Below are positions 10,601 to 23,128 of a stretch of DNA of 64,000 bases, piece by piece. Below the pieces are notes generated by a model. It saw only the letters and a program-made list of their open reading frames with translations. It ran no database searches and was not told where the DNA came from. Within the stretch, counting starts at the first letter, position 1; every line of letters begins with the position of its first letter. Source of the DNA: Balanoglossus misakiensis (lineage: Eukaryota; Animalia; Hemichordata); assembly GCA_040954595.2 (NCBI GenBank), contig CM082585.2:3254902-3318901 (forward strand), in the 5' to 3' direction. The position numbers and the translations under genes are program-made.

Positions 10601-13600
10601 GTGTACGACCATTTTCAACAACCACGAAAGTCGATCTGTCAAATTTTGGTCAGTTCCATAGGCATCGCCATGCAATTTGCAGTGCGGGGCTGGAAAATTC
10701 AAGTGTTGTAGGTTTTAGGATTTGCCACAGAGAGTAAGGCACTTAATGACAGCTTTTTTAAAAGATCAGCTCGCTGGATTTTTTTCGTGTTGGAGACACT
10801 GCTAATTGTAATTTCTGTTTCCGACCCGTAATTTTCCAGACGCTTGACAACGTAGTCAGGCTTTTTGAATACTTAATGAGTGATAATAGACACACCCACT
10901 TTGCGCGCTCAGTCTGAAGACTGTATACAATGGACTAATGTTTTAAAACTGGTCGACATTAAGGAAGTATGCATGAACAATCGACTGATTGGATTCCCCA
11001 GCGATACTATTTTATCTTGTGATTTTTTACTTGTCCAAGAATTTATGGACGATAGCGTCGGCATTGACGATGTGGATACAAACCAACAAGCCGCTGCTAA
11101 CTTAAACCGAACATCCTCCCTTGATTTATTGGGCTTGTTTTTCAGAAATTTACCTATACCTGTATTTAGTATCAGCAGCGGCCGTCAGCAAGAACGTCCC
11201 GGTGCGCATACAAGGCATACCACTTTGAAACTATTTTACACAAGACAGTTGCGGCAAAATCCATGTGAATTGGTTTATTGATTGAGAAAAAATACAAGCT
11301 TTCGCTTGGTAAAACTATCACTACCTAAATCGACAAATATTCTGCAACTTCTACGAAAATATGCCCTGCGAGACGTACTTCGGCTTACATGTCCGCAATT
11401 TTGAATTAATGAGTTGTTCGCCGTCGTCACCTCCGTCTTACGCCTTCCATTGTTAACAAAACGTTCGCGAAAAAAATGACAAAAGATCGTTCGACATGAA
11501 AACGTTACCGAACTCTTTGTGCGTCGAACGCACCCCTGGTTCTGCACATGCGCAGTTCCTATATCTTGAAAGAAAAGTCAAATTTCACCAACTAGTAAAT
11601 GTGCATTCGGAAAATAAAGTCCAAATGTATTATTTGTGACCAAAAATACTGCCAGTGTGATTTTTTTGTTCAAATCCAACCTATTATTATTATTTAAATA
11701 GACTTAGATACCCTCTCTTAGCAGAATTGTCATTGCAATGGACTGTTTTTATGATTTAGGAAAATGTACAATTTAAGCCCCCAAACGAGTAACATCAAAA
11801 TGTGTGTTATCAAAACAAACATCATATTTATTTGTCTTTGCCCTTAGGTACACATTTGGCGGAATTTTGGAGTGATCTCACTACTTATTAATGGAATTTT
11901 GTACATTTTGTGATCACAAAACGGATATCATTTTTGTTCTTTATGAGCCAGGCTACCCCTATGGTGAAATTTTTGTGGAAATCGGACCTATTATTATTAA
12001 AATTATTATTTTTTTATAATTCTTTTTTTAATAATTTAATTATTATTATGTTAATATCCGTTCAATAAATATACTGTAAAATTATATCATTATCTTAAAG
12101 TTCAAAATGACAAAGTCGCTGTTTGACCGATTTTGTGATATCAGGAATACATGGAATACTTGTCACTGTCTCTTACTGTGCAATATAGTGTCAGTGCATA
12201 ACCTAAGAGTCAGAACCTACCCTTGTATGAAAAGTAGACTTGGATGTGATATCTAGATGAAATTAAGTTCCTGTATCAAAGTCTGTCTCCATTGACAAAT
12301 AAACATTGCCACAGCAGTGTACTACATGTAAATGACTGGAATAATCCACACTCTGAGATCTCATTACAAGCCTCATGTGGTCTTAAAACACTATGCAACA
12401 GTGGCTAAGCAGTCAAGTACATGGACAAAATTTGATTCAACAGTGAATAACTTGTGGTAGACACCATACATCGTTGCACTGAACATTCGATCTTGTCTGT
12501 CTACAAGCAGAGAAGAGATTGGGTAGATTTTACCAGTACTTCCGCATGATTCAAGTAGTAAACAAAAGGAACACTTTTCGTATCAAACACAATTCATGGG
12601 AAAAAATAAAAAAGACAGACTTTGTCCCTTTAAGTCGAAGCTTTAAGTTTATCATTTCATAAAGGTATACTTGCATTCCATCAAAGGTGTTATAGTGAGG
12701 GTCTCCAATGCCACTACACTTTTTAGCCCGCGCATCACGGTCGTGTGTTCGGATCTGTTGAGGCAAGACACATGTGTAAATAAATTCAGAGATGGAGAGC
12801 AAAGACAGTATTTGTTGTTCCAAAATAAAAAGAAAGGGACGCATAGACCATCAAATGTTATTGTGTTGTAGAAACAATTGGTTCAAAGCGCTTCACAAAA
12901 AAATTTGAAAACTAGCTAATTTATTCCAGACGAACATTCTAGACTGTATAATTAAAATCATTATAATAAGTCTAAAAATTCAATGTTCCCTAGTTGCAAC
13001 ACAGCTCAACGCACCAGTATCGTGTCGGGAATTCGGTAACCGTTCCAGAGATCAGAATGCGGTGTTTCTATCTGCTTGAATTCCAGAGTAAGATCGCCTG
13101 GGCCATCGCTAAAGAAGTCCCTTCTTGCTTTCACTCGTATAGGATATGGGCCAAGTGGCCTATCTGGCGTCATGAAGGTCCCGCACTGATCTTGGACAAC
13201 GGCGTCGACGTACTTCCCATATATACCAGATCGTTCGGTGATGGTGACCGGGATCTGTACCGAACAGTTCGGTGTACACAGGAACGGCACGGTGGGTTCC
13301 AAATCAATAGACACAGAGTCAAGATTCTCAAAGACATTTATGACTGGGGGTCTGCCGCGAACCTATCAATGCGAAAGTATAATAATGGCAAAAATGGAAT
13401 AAGATCCCGTAAATGCCACATATTCCTTATATAATGCCAACAATGATACCAATTGTTAAGTGTTGTTCCTGTACCCGAACATTCACCTGTTAGGGGTTTA
13501 ACTTTAAATAATGTATTCTACCTACCCATTCATCCATTAGTATATCTATGTGTGCATGCATGCTAGATATGTCTGCCTGTCCATCCATCAAGCTAACTGT

Positions 13601-16072
13601 CTAAGTACCCAACTATATACATATTCTGCATGCATCACTATACACATGATGACTGGGCATAAGGGCAACAGCAAACGTCTGTAACCTGAGGGCTTGTGAG
13701 TCACAGACCCGAAAACCAGTCAATATGCGTTTTGCGACAAACCTCACCCGCAGCCATGCATAAGAAATCACCATAAACAAAGTGAGCGGGCATCATTTTT
13801 CGGAACTGATGCCCGGCGGGCAACAGCACAAAAAGAACGAACACCACATGACTATCAACTGACGAATGAGAACACAGTCTGCAGATGAGGTGTCTTACAA
13901 TACCACTTTCACTTTGAGTTTATGCATACTTGTCTCTGTTCCTTATATGCATGCTGGTGACGCGGTTCAGGTCAATTTTTTGGTATAAGTTGAGATTTTT
14001 TACTGTCTGCGTCTGTGATACAACATTAATAACAGCACTCTCACACTGAGTTACAAAGTAATACACTTCATCGTAGACAAGAAAGTGTAACTTACAATGA
14101 TTCCGGCAAAGAACGGTCGACTTTGCTTTCTCCCAAGAGATATGCCATTGTCAAATACTTCCACTTCACACCGAATCTACAAAAAATGTGACAAGTTAGT
14201 AATGTGTAACTGATTATCACAAGGAGGAAATCATAGTTAAGGTAGATAACTAGATACAGTACGTGGGTACCATATTCCTTAGCCTTAGGCCTACACGTAC
14301 ATTTTGAGAAAGCGGTGTTACAATATTGTCATTTTTCTGGAAATGTTCACAAAATGTGCCTAAAGAGGCGTATTATTAAATAATATAAAGAATACTCTAT
14401 GTCACCGTGATTGATATTTTGGTACAGCTGTTCCGAGTTTTTACCATAAGAAAACTATGGCATTAGAGTTAAGAAAAGTGCCCCCAACACAAAAGTACCA
14501 TGGGAACACATTGTTTTCTCTTTATCTTGTATTGAAAATTCATTGATTATGATATACATGTACATAAAATCAGAAAAATGTCAATATTCTATTGTCTGAA
14601 TACTGGTGTCATCGAAAGCACGGTCAGTTGTACTAGTAGACATGGGGTCGTGCATGACTGTTACAAGTTTTGTCCCAACCTGTCAGTAGTTGACTATGTA
14701 CATAATAAATAAAGACAAACTTGTGGGGCCGTATCGGATAGATGAGCATTAACACCCAGGCATGCAAACGATGGGCTTTGATTGGTACGGAAGTTGCACG
14801 TGTCCACGAAAGGTGGAAGTTCCGTTCCTGATCGAACTTTGAATGTGCACACTGTTGTTTGTCAAAGATATGAATCAATCGTTTAGTAATATCTGACGAC
14901 AGGTGACAAAAAATCACCAAGCGACTAGTGGGCAGGTCTGTAAAAATGGTAAAACATTGAACAGTTGATAAAGAATGTTATTTAATGGCGCTCATGTCAA
15001 ACAAACCTGCGATCCAATTTTGCTCGACCAGTAGACCTCTTCCATTGTTGATATACCTGGCGAATCGGGTAAAACTTGCGTAAAAATTAGGTCTTCTCCG
15101 GCAAACCAGTCAAAGTGTAGAGACACGTCTCGAGGTGTGGCATCATGAGTGGCGTCACAGTGGAACAAAACTTGGTTGGCCATTGTGCTGTGATACAACT
15201 CTATACCTGTCGGTTTTACAGGAAATGCGGTAATTTAATGAAGTGTGTATTTTTATGGGGGCCCGTTCTGGTCAAAATTGTAGTTTATTAATAAAACGTG
15301 TTAGAATTAATTTTGTAGAGCCTGGAATTAAATTACCAGTATACATAATTAATTTTTATGTGCTTTAATTAATTTTTTGTAGTCATGCAGAATTAATTTT
15401 ATGTGTTCTAAATAATTATTTTATCTTATCTTTGTTAGAAATAATTTTGCCAACATCTCGAATTATTTTTACGTGTAGACTCGAATTAATTACAGGTGTA
15501 GTGTCGAATTAATTTTACGTGTTGTGTTGAATTAATTTTACGTGTTGTGTCGAATTAACTTTACGTGTTGTGTCGAATTAACTTCACGTGTTATGTCGAA
15601 TCAATATTGCCCCTACAATCCTTTGCGCGTAAATCAAGATGGCGGCGGCTGAGCATGTCTTTCTCGCCGCATAAAGTTCGAAAAGGGGTCGTTGTACAAG
15701 TTGTTAGACGTTTTGGGGCGGTTTGCTGTCCAATATAAATGCAGTGTGCTCGATAACGGCGATCGGTGCACGAGTTTTGGTCTACAGACGGAATTTTCTA
15801 GTCGACGTTGTGGGAACCGTTGTTGAGCTCGGATGGGTCGCCACAGTGCTCTGAGTCGTTGTCTCCGAATAAGACGTGGAAGTTATGTGCGCCGTTGTCG
15901 TTGTCTCGGTATAAGTTGATGTAGGTGTCGAAGGTGGTGGTGTGGTTTCTGATTCCGTAGAATTAGGCGTATGCCAGGTAGTACTCGTGTAGTACCAAGT
16001 AGTACTGGATCTCTGACATCGAGTATTTGACGCAAACAGAAGCAGGATCACAGCTAGTTTTGCGATCGCCAT
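324..16072 (-). CDS. VWD and EGF domain-containing (VWDE-like) type-I membrane protein, multi-exon; probably continues beyond the window start
   Basis: Manually spliced, phase-consistent exons: ~15790-16072 (signal peptide MAIAKLAVILLLFAS plus S/T-rich tract; donor uncertain), 15007-15206, 14096-14176 (FFAGII), 13015-13362, 12675-12754 (CSGIGDPHYNTFDG), 4466-4529, 3965-4231 (ACNCGVAVR), 2958-3187 (GLCGSYDGN...FAVSW), 2448-2724, 1919-2077 (WPTPSGITE), 1406-1786 (EGF: [28 protein letters not shown]), 929-1183 (SISNDG), 682-742, 324-417 (TM: WVIICAVLGCLAAMGLVITVVAILFI). Confidence 0.9.
1828..1873. repeat. (GTAT)n intronic microsatellite
   Basis: Read directly. Confidence 0.95.
2813..2864. repeat. 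(CATA)n intronic microsatellite
   Basis: Read directly. Confidence 0.95.
7993..9522 (+). CDS. Tyrosine recombinase, DUF3504/KIAA1958-ZMYM-QRICH1-like (Crypton type), 509 aa from first ATG
   Basis: Intronless ORF with RKKNGEEYEPDS core-binding motif and a full catalytic set: FGLRG (R), TKTRRG (K), NHSARK (HxxR), SGHKN (H), LNRYA (Y). Confidence 0.92.
   Translation: MDEQYYDWTNCIYVESLGTEFYYPDETSETSHDLSASASTVEKNMNISSPGSSLSTTSSASARPRFVDFTSEDVNTFVGDHKNKNTVLKTKREVAVFEEWKATMTTESRGLMEIPPSDLDPLLARFFIGVRKKNGEEYEPDSISSYQKSIDRWLRDNNYGKSIIRDEEFASSRRALAAKRKQLKGAGKGNLPNKAEPVSAEQETALLKAGQLGVHSAVALLNTIWLNNTKLFGLRGNDEHHQMEWGDVTLQEDENGEYIVYNERLTKTRRGEPGNTRSFAPKAYATPSSPETCPVSVYKNFASRRPQKMNTTSAPFYLGIEYVPCTVNNGIWFRNQRMGINKLRSLMKTMSKAAGLTGKLSNHSARKACVQRLLDAGVPPNTTAQLSGHKNVSSLNRYAVANQFQQRQMSEILSGAKKSFDPRPSSSATDVDKTTADKTSTDTNNIVSSQSNVSVLTNNVSALNNTPQVHGMFANAQIFGGTFNFSFNVNKSPIPKRRRIIFPDSDDSD
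9863..10048 (+). repeat. Terminal hairpin of element 1
   Basis: 53-bp perfect outer stem (9863-9915/9996-10048), CTCG x CTCA internal loop, 18-bp inner stem, apical CTCG-CTACG-CTCG. Confidence 0.97.
15440..15605. repeat. ~23-bp minisatellite (GTCGAATTAATTTTACGTGTTGT) in intron 1
   Basis: About five good units preceded by degenerate GAATTAA units. Confidence 0.85.
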
Positions 16073-19000
16073 CGTCGTCGTCAAGCTGCGTGAACACATT
16101 TCACTGGTATGGCTTCGGCTGGTCTTTATTAACAGTTAGCCTTGTTGTGTTGAATGTTGTTATGGCGACGTAGTTGATACAATCTTGACACGATTGATTG
16201 GAGTTTTATCAGCTGACATTACGTCCATCACGAGCTACTATTAGCGAAACTGACGTTTGATTGTGTCAGACTTCAATTCCAGAGCAAATAGACATTTCTT
16301 TATTGTTAAGTTCACTTCCTTGAAGAAAATTCGTTTTGATGACAGCGCTTGCATTCATGTTTGCGTTTAACAATTGAAAATACCATAAGGCTTGATAAGA
16401 GTATTGTAGGCGTGGTTTGTTCTCAGTTTTTGCAACTGTGTGTGAATTTTGTTCTTTCTAATGTTTTCAGTACAAATCGAAAAAAAACAAAGTAGCCGGC
16501 AGCAACGTTTTTAATCAATCGAACTTGTCATTATGTAAAGAAAACGTTGTTGGTGTTTTTGATGTCAATTTTGTGTGTGACCTCATTTGACAAAAAAACC
16601 TACAGTGCATGTACTGGAATTATCGCATCCACTTTGGATTAATATTTCCCGATAAACTTTGATCGTTGCGCTCCCAGATTTCGCGATTCTTGCGTGTGTA
16701 TGTTTACATGACAACGCCTGCAAACTGGTTGATGAGAACTGTGGCTTTGTACAATAGTTGTTTTTATGACACAAATATCAATCAATTTTCTATGTTTTTC
16801 TTTACCGGGCATTTCTTTCGGGTCACGACGATAAGCGGATTGTGCGCAAGATATCAAGACACTATTTGACAGTTCGTGTAGACCCACTCATGAACAATGC
16901 CCTACAGTCTGCCTCACAACTTTTTGCTCCTTTCGATGTCATTTTTTCCAGGCGTTAAACTGCGAACACTGTAATTTATTGGTACTGTACATGTACAACA
17001 GTGAATAAAACAACGTCTACGATTTTCTACTGCACTGGAAAATATTTCAATGGAAACAAAAAATCGTGCCATTTTTCAACTACGCACATACAATAGCCTT
17101 CAGTTACTTCCGCCATGGTGTACCCAGCCAACGCATTAGCCGTACATAACCAAATCGACATTTCAAGATTGATATGACAAGTATGATGAATTTGGACGCA
17201 GAAAACGGAAAAGTCACTACAGTTTGCTGTGGTCATTAATTTGTTATCGTAAATGCCAATGTTTAATCCAAAATTTTGTCATGCTGTTTCTTTTAAACTC
17301 TTATGAAATCAAAACATTAAATTTATGCGCAACCCGCGTCCAGGAGTCACAAATGAACCACGGTCTCTTTTACAAGAAACACAACACTTGTCTTGCTGTT
17401 GAATTCCAGAATATATGTCGTGAAGGGATAATTATGTGCGGGTATACTTGCAGCGATTTTTCTGATATACACTTTCTATGTATAAAGATAACTTAAATTC
17501 CTTGCTCACACAATGATCACGCGCTTGTGACAACTATATCTACAGTGAATTGAGTTTCTGTCACTTAAAAGTGGCCGCGCACTGCCGGGTTTGTGATACA
17601 CATTATTGAAATTTCAGCCTACTGACCTTGATGACATAAATTTTATAAGTCTATATTATTGGCCGAAATCAATCAACACCTTACACGTATCGTAACATTG
17701 CAGTCGAACATGTCTATTATTAAGTTGATAGCTTTACCCCTGTCACCACAATGGTTTTGTCCAGATCGAAAATTTCCTATGGAGATCACTGTTTTCGCAA
17801 CACTGCTAATTTATTTTTTCTCCATACAGTTAACACAGCGCAATTGCACTTTGAGTCAAAGTTTTGTACAGTGACCCCAAATTTTAAAAGTGCCGTGAGC
17901 AAAATATGAGAGAAAACTGTCAGATTTCGATTACATGTATTGTTGTATGTATTAGCGCAGACTTTGCAAATATCCATGGACATACTACACCCATGTACTA
18001 TGCACTATGCCCCGCCAACGCGTGTCAGATATACTGTCGCGGCACATTATCCAACCTAGCTTTGCGTACAGGTCTGTGTGTGTTCCCGGCGTTACACAGA
18101 CCTGTACGCAGAGCGATATCCAACCAAGCGAGATTGATAGCAAAGATCGTTCCAATCCTGGCAATGTTCAACGCAACCTCCTTCAACAAAATCATCCAGT
18201 TTCTATTTGACCCGACCAAAACCTAACGGTCAGGTAAAACGACGCCGATCCGTATAGCATCAAATGGCGACCCTATATATAGGGACCGTCGGATACTAGA
18301 TTATGACTGCTTCTATCAAAAGTCACGAAGAAAACATGTACTTCCAACAACACCGAAAGAATAACACACATCCACACTGAAATTCCCTTCCTTGTTCAAG
18401 CGATAGTGGCAATGATTTTGAATAAAGATGACCACTGCTAGGAAAGTCTTAATGTCAGGATTTGTGTGGCCAAATCTCATTTGCAGTTGTCTCAATACAG
18501 TTGACAGGATACTTTACACTTCGAGCTCTACACGTGATAGCCAATGAACTCGTTTTGTCGATTAGGCGTTATAAAAAAAGCCCGCGAGTTTCTTTTCACT
18601 TTACGCTTATCACACGACCTGAACAATAGACTCTACTTAAGAGAGTTGTGGGTAATAATCCACTGCGATCCAAGTCTCTCTGATTGGCTGACATGGTCTT
18701 CCCGTAAGTGTTAATTTTAAGGCTTGGTGCTGTGTGTCCAACAATGAGGTGCCATAGCAATCCCAAGAGTCTGTGTCAATGACGATTGACACTGTTGTTC
18801 CAGAATTCAACGCTGCAGTGAACTATTTCTTCAGTTCAGAAATTCAAATATTTGAGCAAATAGAAAAAAAAGTATTGTTGTACTATTATTGCGAGGCCTC
18901 ATTAGGCCCGGGTTCTATTAAATGGGTCGTAATTGTTTTGGCACGTTTTCGCAGGATAATTTCCATTGTTTTCGTCGACCGACTTCGCAGTTTGTTAATA

Positions 19001-19463
19001 ATTCTTTTGGCACGAACTCGTTCTTCGCGCGCGTCACGTCACTTTCAGCCGGTTTCAAGGATTCCCAACAAAATGCATGATGTCAACAAAAATGAACTCG
19101 ACCACAATAATTGTGACTCGGCAACGTTACACTATTTGGTTTAGCCCTGAAGCCGACAACTATGACGGCTTTCGCGAGTGTTCGAAAAAAGATTCACCTG
19201 CCACATAGAGGAGGCAGACACTTTACTTGGAAATTCGCTCTAGACACTTCAGTCACCTTGCGATAGTCTATATGGACAGTCGTCTAAGCCAATTACCTCT
19301 AAATTAGCATTTCGTCGATTTTTAGCATTCATCATCCACAGTTTCAATGTATTTGTACAACATTATTGTTCAATAAGTGTAGAAAACATATTTTGTTGAT
19401 TTTGTTTTCACCCCACTCACTAGAAGGCGATAGTTGTGACGTCGCTCCGCCATGAAGAATTAG

Positions 19464-19603
19464 GCATAATCCCCGCCTCAGACGGGTATAAACGGGATTT
19501 GGGTACAATTCGAGGAATGTATCACGAGTATATAGAGGAAATTGTACCCAAATCGAGTGTTTACCCGACTGAGGCGGGGGTTATTGCTTTATATTACATC
19601 AAC
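19464..19603 (-). mobile_element. Relic terminal hairpin of a Crypton-like element (element 4)
   Basis: Imperfect palindrome 19464-19587 with CGAG (CTCG on minus) in unpaired segments, followed by TTTAT... as in element 3. The partner end was not found. Confidence 0.6.
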
Positions 19604-19616
19604 AATTGATTTTGTG

Positions 19617-19830
19617 GTGATAATATCGTTTGGTTCTTCTGCCAATCTGGTAATTTGAAGCTCTGTTTTTGCATTGTTTTCTTCTCACCACATGGTCCTA
19701 GCACTTTCTGTAGCCAGTCATGTTTTTAAGTCCTTGAGGATGAGCTTGCAACTTATACAGCTCGTTTTTCAGATAAGTATTTAATCTGTGATGACTTCAA
19801 TGCCAGAACGGCTGAAGAGCCAGATGTCTT
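19617..19830 (+). pseudogene. Degenerate non-LTR retrotransposon endonuclease fragment
   Basis: Translates DNIVWF...VLEDEL...LICDDFNARTAEEPD, matching the APE GDFNAR motif; disrupted. Confidence 0.6.
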
Positions 19831-20119
19831 GATGTTTCTTCAGAACCTCTAACAGTGACGTCATATCAGATGAGATGCCCTTGGCTGTGGTTTCCCTTAT
19901 CATTTTACTGGGTTTCTTGGTTCCGTCTTCTCCCAATCATTGAATAGCACGATCCCGAAACTTGTAGAAAGTCGTCTTAATTCACGACGCAGGTGTTCAT
20001 CAAATACTCTTCAGATTAATTTGCACAGATTACAATGATAAATAGCAAATCCCAGTATTACAAAAAAATGTGCAAATTAATCTGAAAAGGGAGAAGTTGC
20101 AGAACGAAATCAATAGATT

Positions 20120-20825
20120 GTGTGCGGAATTACGCCAGCAACAGCAAGTATATCTCAAGCAGCGGAAATTGACCAACAGTACCGTATTGAAAGGGAGCGT
20201 GCCATTCGGGCTGAAGAGCAACTCGAAGAGACTCAAAAGAAGATGGATCTTGAGCGTAAATGCAGTGACAAGGAAATCAAGAGAGAACGGGGAGAGATGT
20301 TTGAGGTTTTACCCGGCCGTACTGTATACGTCGCTGAAAAACCGGAGAAAATACCAAAACGTGGTGGTGGACCTCGGACTGTTGCGGTATTTTAGATGAA
20401 CAAGGTTCCTTAAATGATGTCTGACACGGACGACAAACGTTTAGTGCAAAAGCACGTTTATTGCTATAATAGGCGGTGTTAACTACTCAACCGCTAGAAC
20501 CCAACTGACAGGGAAATTTCCAAAAGTTGCAAATCACAACAGGGCGAACGTAATAACAAGCACTAATTGCTACATGTGAGTGAGCGGGATGAAAAGTGAT
20601 TGGTCATAGTAAAAAAAGTGCCTGATTGGCCAAAGGTGATCTCCTTCAGGATCCGCATGGCGATGCAAAGTTTGATATACACTCTAATTGTTAAAATAAC
20701 AGTTATTTGTTCTCCGACACGGACCGAGGGTGATAAATGGATTGAAGATGTTGACAGATATCTGAAAACAAGACCCCTGTCCTTGGAGGAACAAGTCGAT
20801 TTTACCATGGAACATTTACTGACCT
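20120..20825 (+). pseudogene. Gypsy (PNMA-like) gag relic split by a solo LTR
   Basis: Removing 20380-20724 rejoins in frame TVYVAEKPEKIPKRGGGPRTEGDKWIEDVDRYLKTRPLSLEEQVDFTMEHL. Confidence 0.65.
20380..20719 (-). mobile_element. Solo LTR, 340 bp
   Basis: TG...CA ends, 5-bp TSD CGGAC (20375-20379 and 20720-20724), AATAAA on the minus strand near 20460. Confidence 0.8.
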
Positions 20826-22388
20826 GATTGACAATTTCACGAATTCACAGGCTCCTGAGATGAAGTGAATTTTGTGTGACTATTGGACACGTGAGGAAAT
20901 TTGCAGAAAATCCTAATATGCAAATCTTCGCTGTGTGCTGCATTGCGGACGGTGGAAAGTGAATTTATTTTTCTATATACTCGAGTGAGTTGTATACAGT
21001 TGATGTCAACTTATGACTTGAGACATGATTTCATTTATTTAAACACACTGCTACATGTCTTGTCTCCTTCTCTGATTAAGCTTATTCATCCAAAAACACT
21101 TGTAAGTCATATGCCCCGGAAATATATATCAGCAAATGTACCCAAGACGTAAAGCCCAGAGACAATGAATGAATATTTTATGTAACTCATGCTTGTTGAG
21201 TTATTTCAGCAAGAACTGGTTACATTAGTGATATCAGAGTTGCTTGCGCACTGGGTTAAAAGATAAGCAAGACTCATTAACTTTGGCGTGGCTGTGTTAA
21301 CGAGTTCCTTCAGAATACTAGGCGGACCTTCCATGAATTCCACTTGAGGTAATGCTGACTTGATCTCATTAAACAGTGGTTGGAATGCCCCGTAACACCA
21401 GATAATATATTGTGGTTAGTGGTTCAAACATGTTATTTGGTGGAAAGAGTAACCGCTTACAAAATACGGCCTAGCATTCTGCGAAGGTCTGGCAAGGGGT
21501 GATGCAACATGATCGTATGCCCATCTTCACTAAATTAGATACGTAATAATATCACATGTACTAAACTAACTTGTTCATAAAGGAAATTACACGTGCTTGA
21601 TTTTTCATCTGAACTGTTGACGATACAATGTAACCTAATCGTAATACTGTCTTTCTTCCTCTTTATATTTCGTAATACCTAACGAGCGTATTTGTAAAAG
21701 TATTCCATCTCCCGCCGGACTTCATCGGAAATTTCATCCAGAGCGTAGCACAGTAGTCGTATACCAATGAATTGTCCGCTGTCAATCTCTGCATCCACCA
21801 ATCTTTCGGCCACCAATGGCGGCAATGCAAGTCTGTGAATGGCTGTGTCAAAGTACTTGTACTTGCCCAAATGGTTCCGTCACCCAGTCATGATCGATCA
21901 TCAATTTCACAACCTTCACAGTCTCCCCTTGCCATAACAAAGAAAACAGCACGGACAGAGCTTCATAAGTTTCCACACATCAATATTAATATTTATTTCT
22001 TCAAAATGTATATCTTCATTATGTTTATATTTATATATTTATATCTCCTTAATGTTTTCTATTTAAGCCACTCTCATGAATTTTAATGAATTAAAATTAA
22101 TTATTGTTTATGAATGCATGAATGTTAAGTGTCTTATCGACTTATCTGTACTGCAGTCGCGTTTTCAGTAATGCATTGTAATGAGAACCTGTCTTTCACA
22201 CCTGACCAAGGAACCAGTTGCCAATATTGGACGTGGCCATTCGGACTTGTATTTATAACATATGTGCGGTAGTCCGGTGCGTCCCAGTGACGCAGTCCGA
22301 AGCACAATGAAATATTGTTTCTTTCTTAAAGACATCCTTAGGGGTTGCGCAACTCGTCAAAATATGGCAACAATACAACAATTACCCC

Positions 22389-22391
22389 TAT

Positions 22392-22450
<59 letters not shown>

Positions 22451-22452
22451 TT
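22389..22452. repeat. (TATT)n microsatellite
   Basis: Read directly; a similar tract lies at ~28746-28810. Confidence 0.95.
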
Positions 22453-23128
22453 CACGAACCAACAGGTTGACCCAATAACAGGTCCGTTTGAAATAAAATG
22501 ACTGTACACAATAGACTAAGAAAATAGAAGAAAAAACAGCTGAATAACAACAAACAGACAATAAACGTACTGACAAGACATTGACGCATGAAACAAAACA
22601 GGAAACTGTTATAAACACACAAAAACACGATAAAATACAATTATTCAGTAAAAAGGGGTTTGCATAATGCATGTCGGAAACAGTCAGCTATGCAGAAATT
22701 CCACTTGCAAAGTTGCAAATACACGAGTTAAATGTATGATAAAGTAACATACTAGATGATGCGTGTAATTACGTTATGCAAAACTATTCTGTAATATTCT
22801 GCATTCGACTAGATGACACATATTAAAACATGCACGTGGAAGTTACTATAGCAACACAATGATGTACTAGTATGTTACAACTCCGTTTGCTACACAGTGA
22901 CATTGTCTTTCACACAGTGGACATTACAAAACACCGAGATGTTTCAACGAGTGCTAATTTCTCTGATGTTGCTATACTGTGGACGCAGATCTGAAGCAGG
23001 TAAGAATACAGGTTTATGATTGAAGAAAACGCGTCAATGGTCGCTTCTACAGAAGAATTCAGTCTGCAAAATGCATTTCTTCGTCGTTTTAGTTTCCGTT
23101 TATATGAATGTTGGACTAAAAATTCTGA

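Larger units (their letters stand above)
4622..12050. repeat. Three tandem copies of a ~1.6 kb unit (probably transposon-derived) after a (TTA)n tract, filling one intron
   Basis: Units start TACCAGTTAAGGGGTTTAAAGAATT at ~4677, ~6257 and ~10365. Copies 1 and 2 are near-identical (duplicated ORFs 5093/6683 and 5242/6832). Copy 2 is split by the recombinase element; copy 3 differs internally. Confidence 0.85.

Noticed and set aside
15254-15735. TATGG...CCAATA element enclosing the minisatellite
   Set aside because: Terminal similarity is weak and there is no TSD; reported only as a minisatellite.
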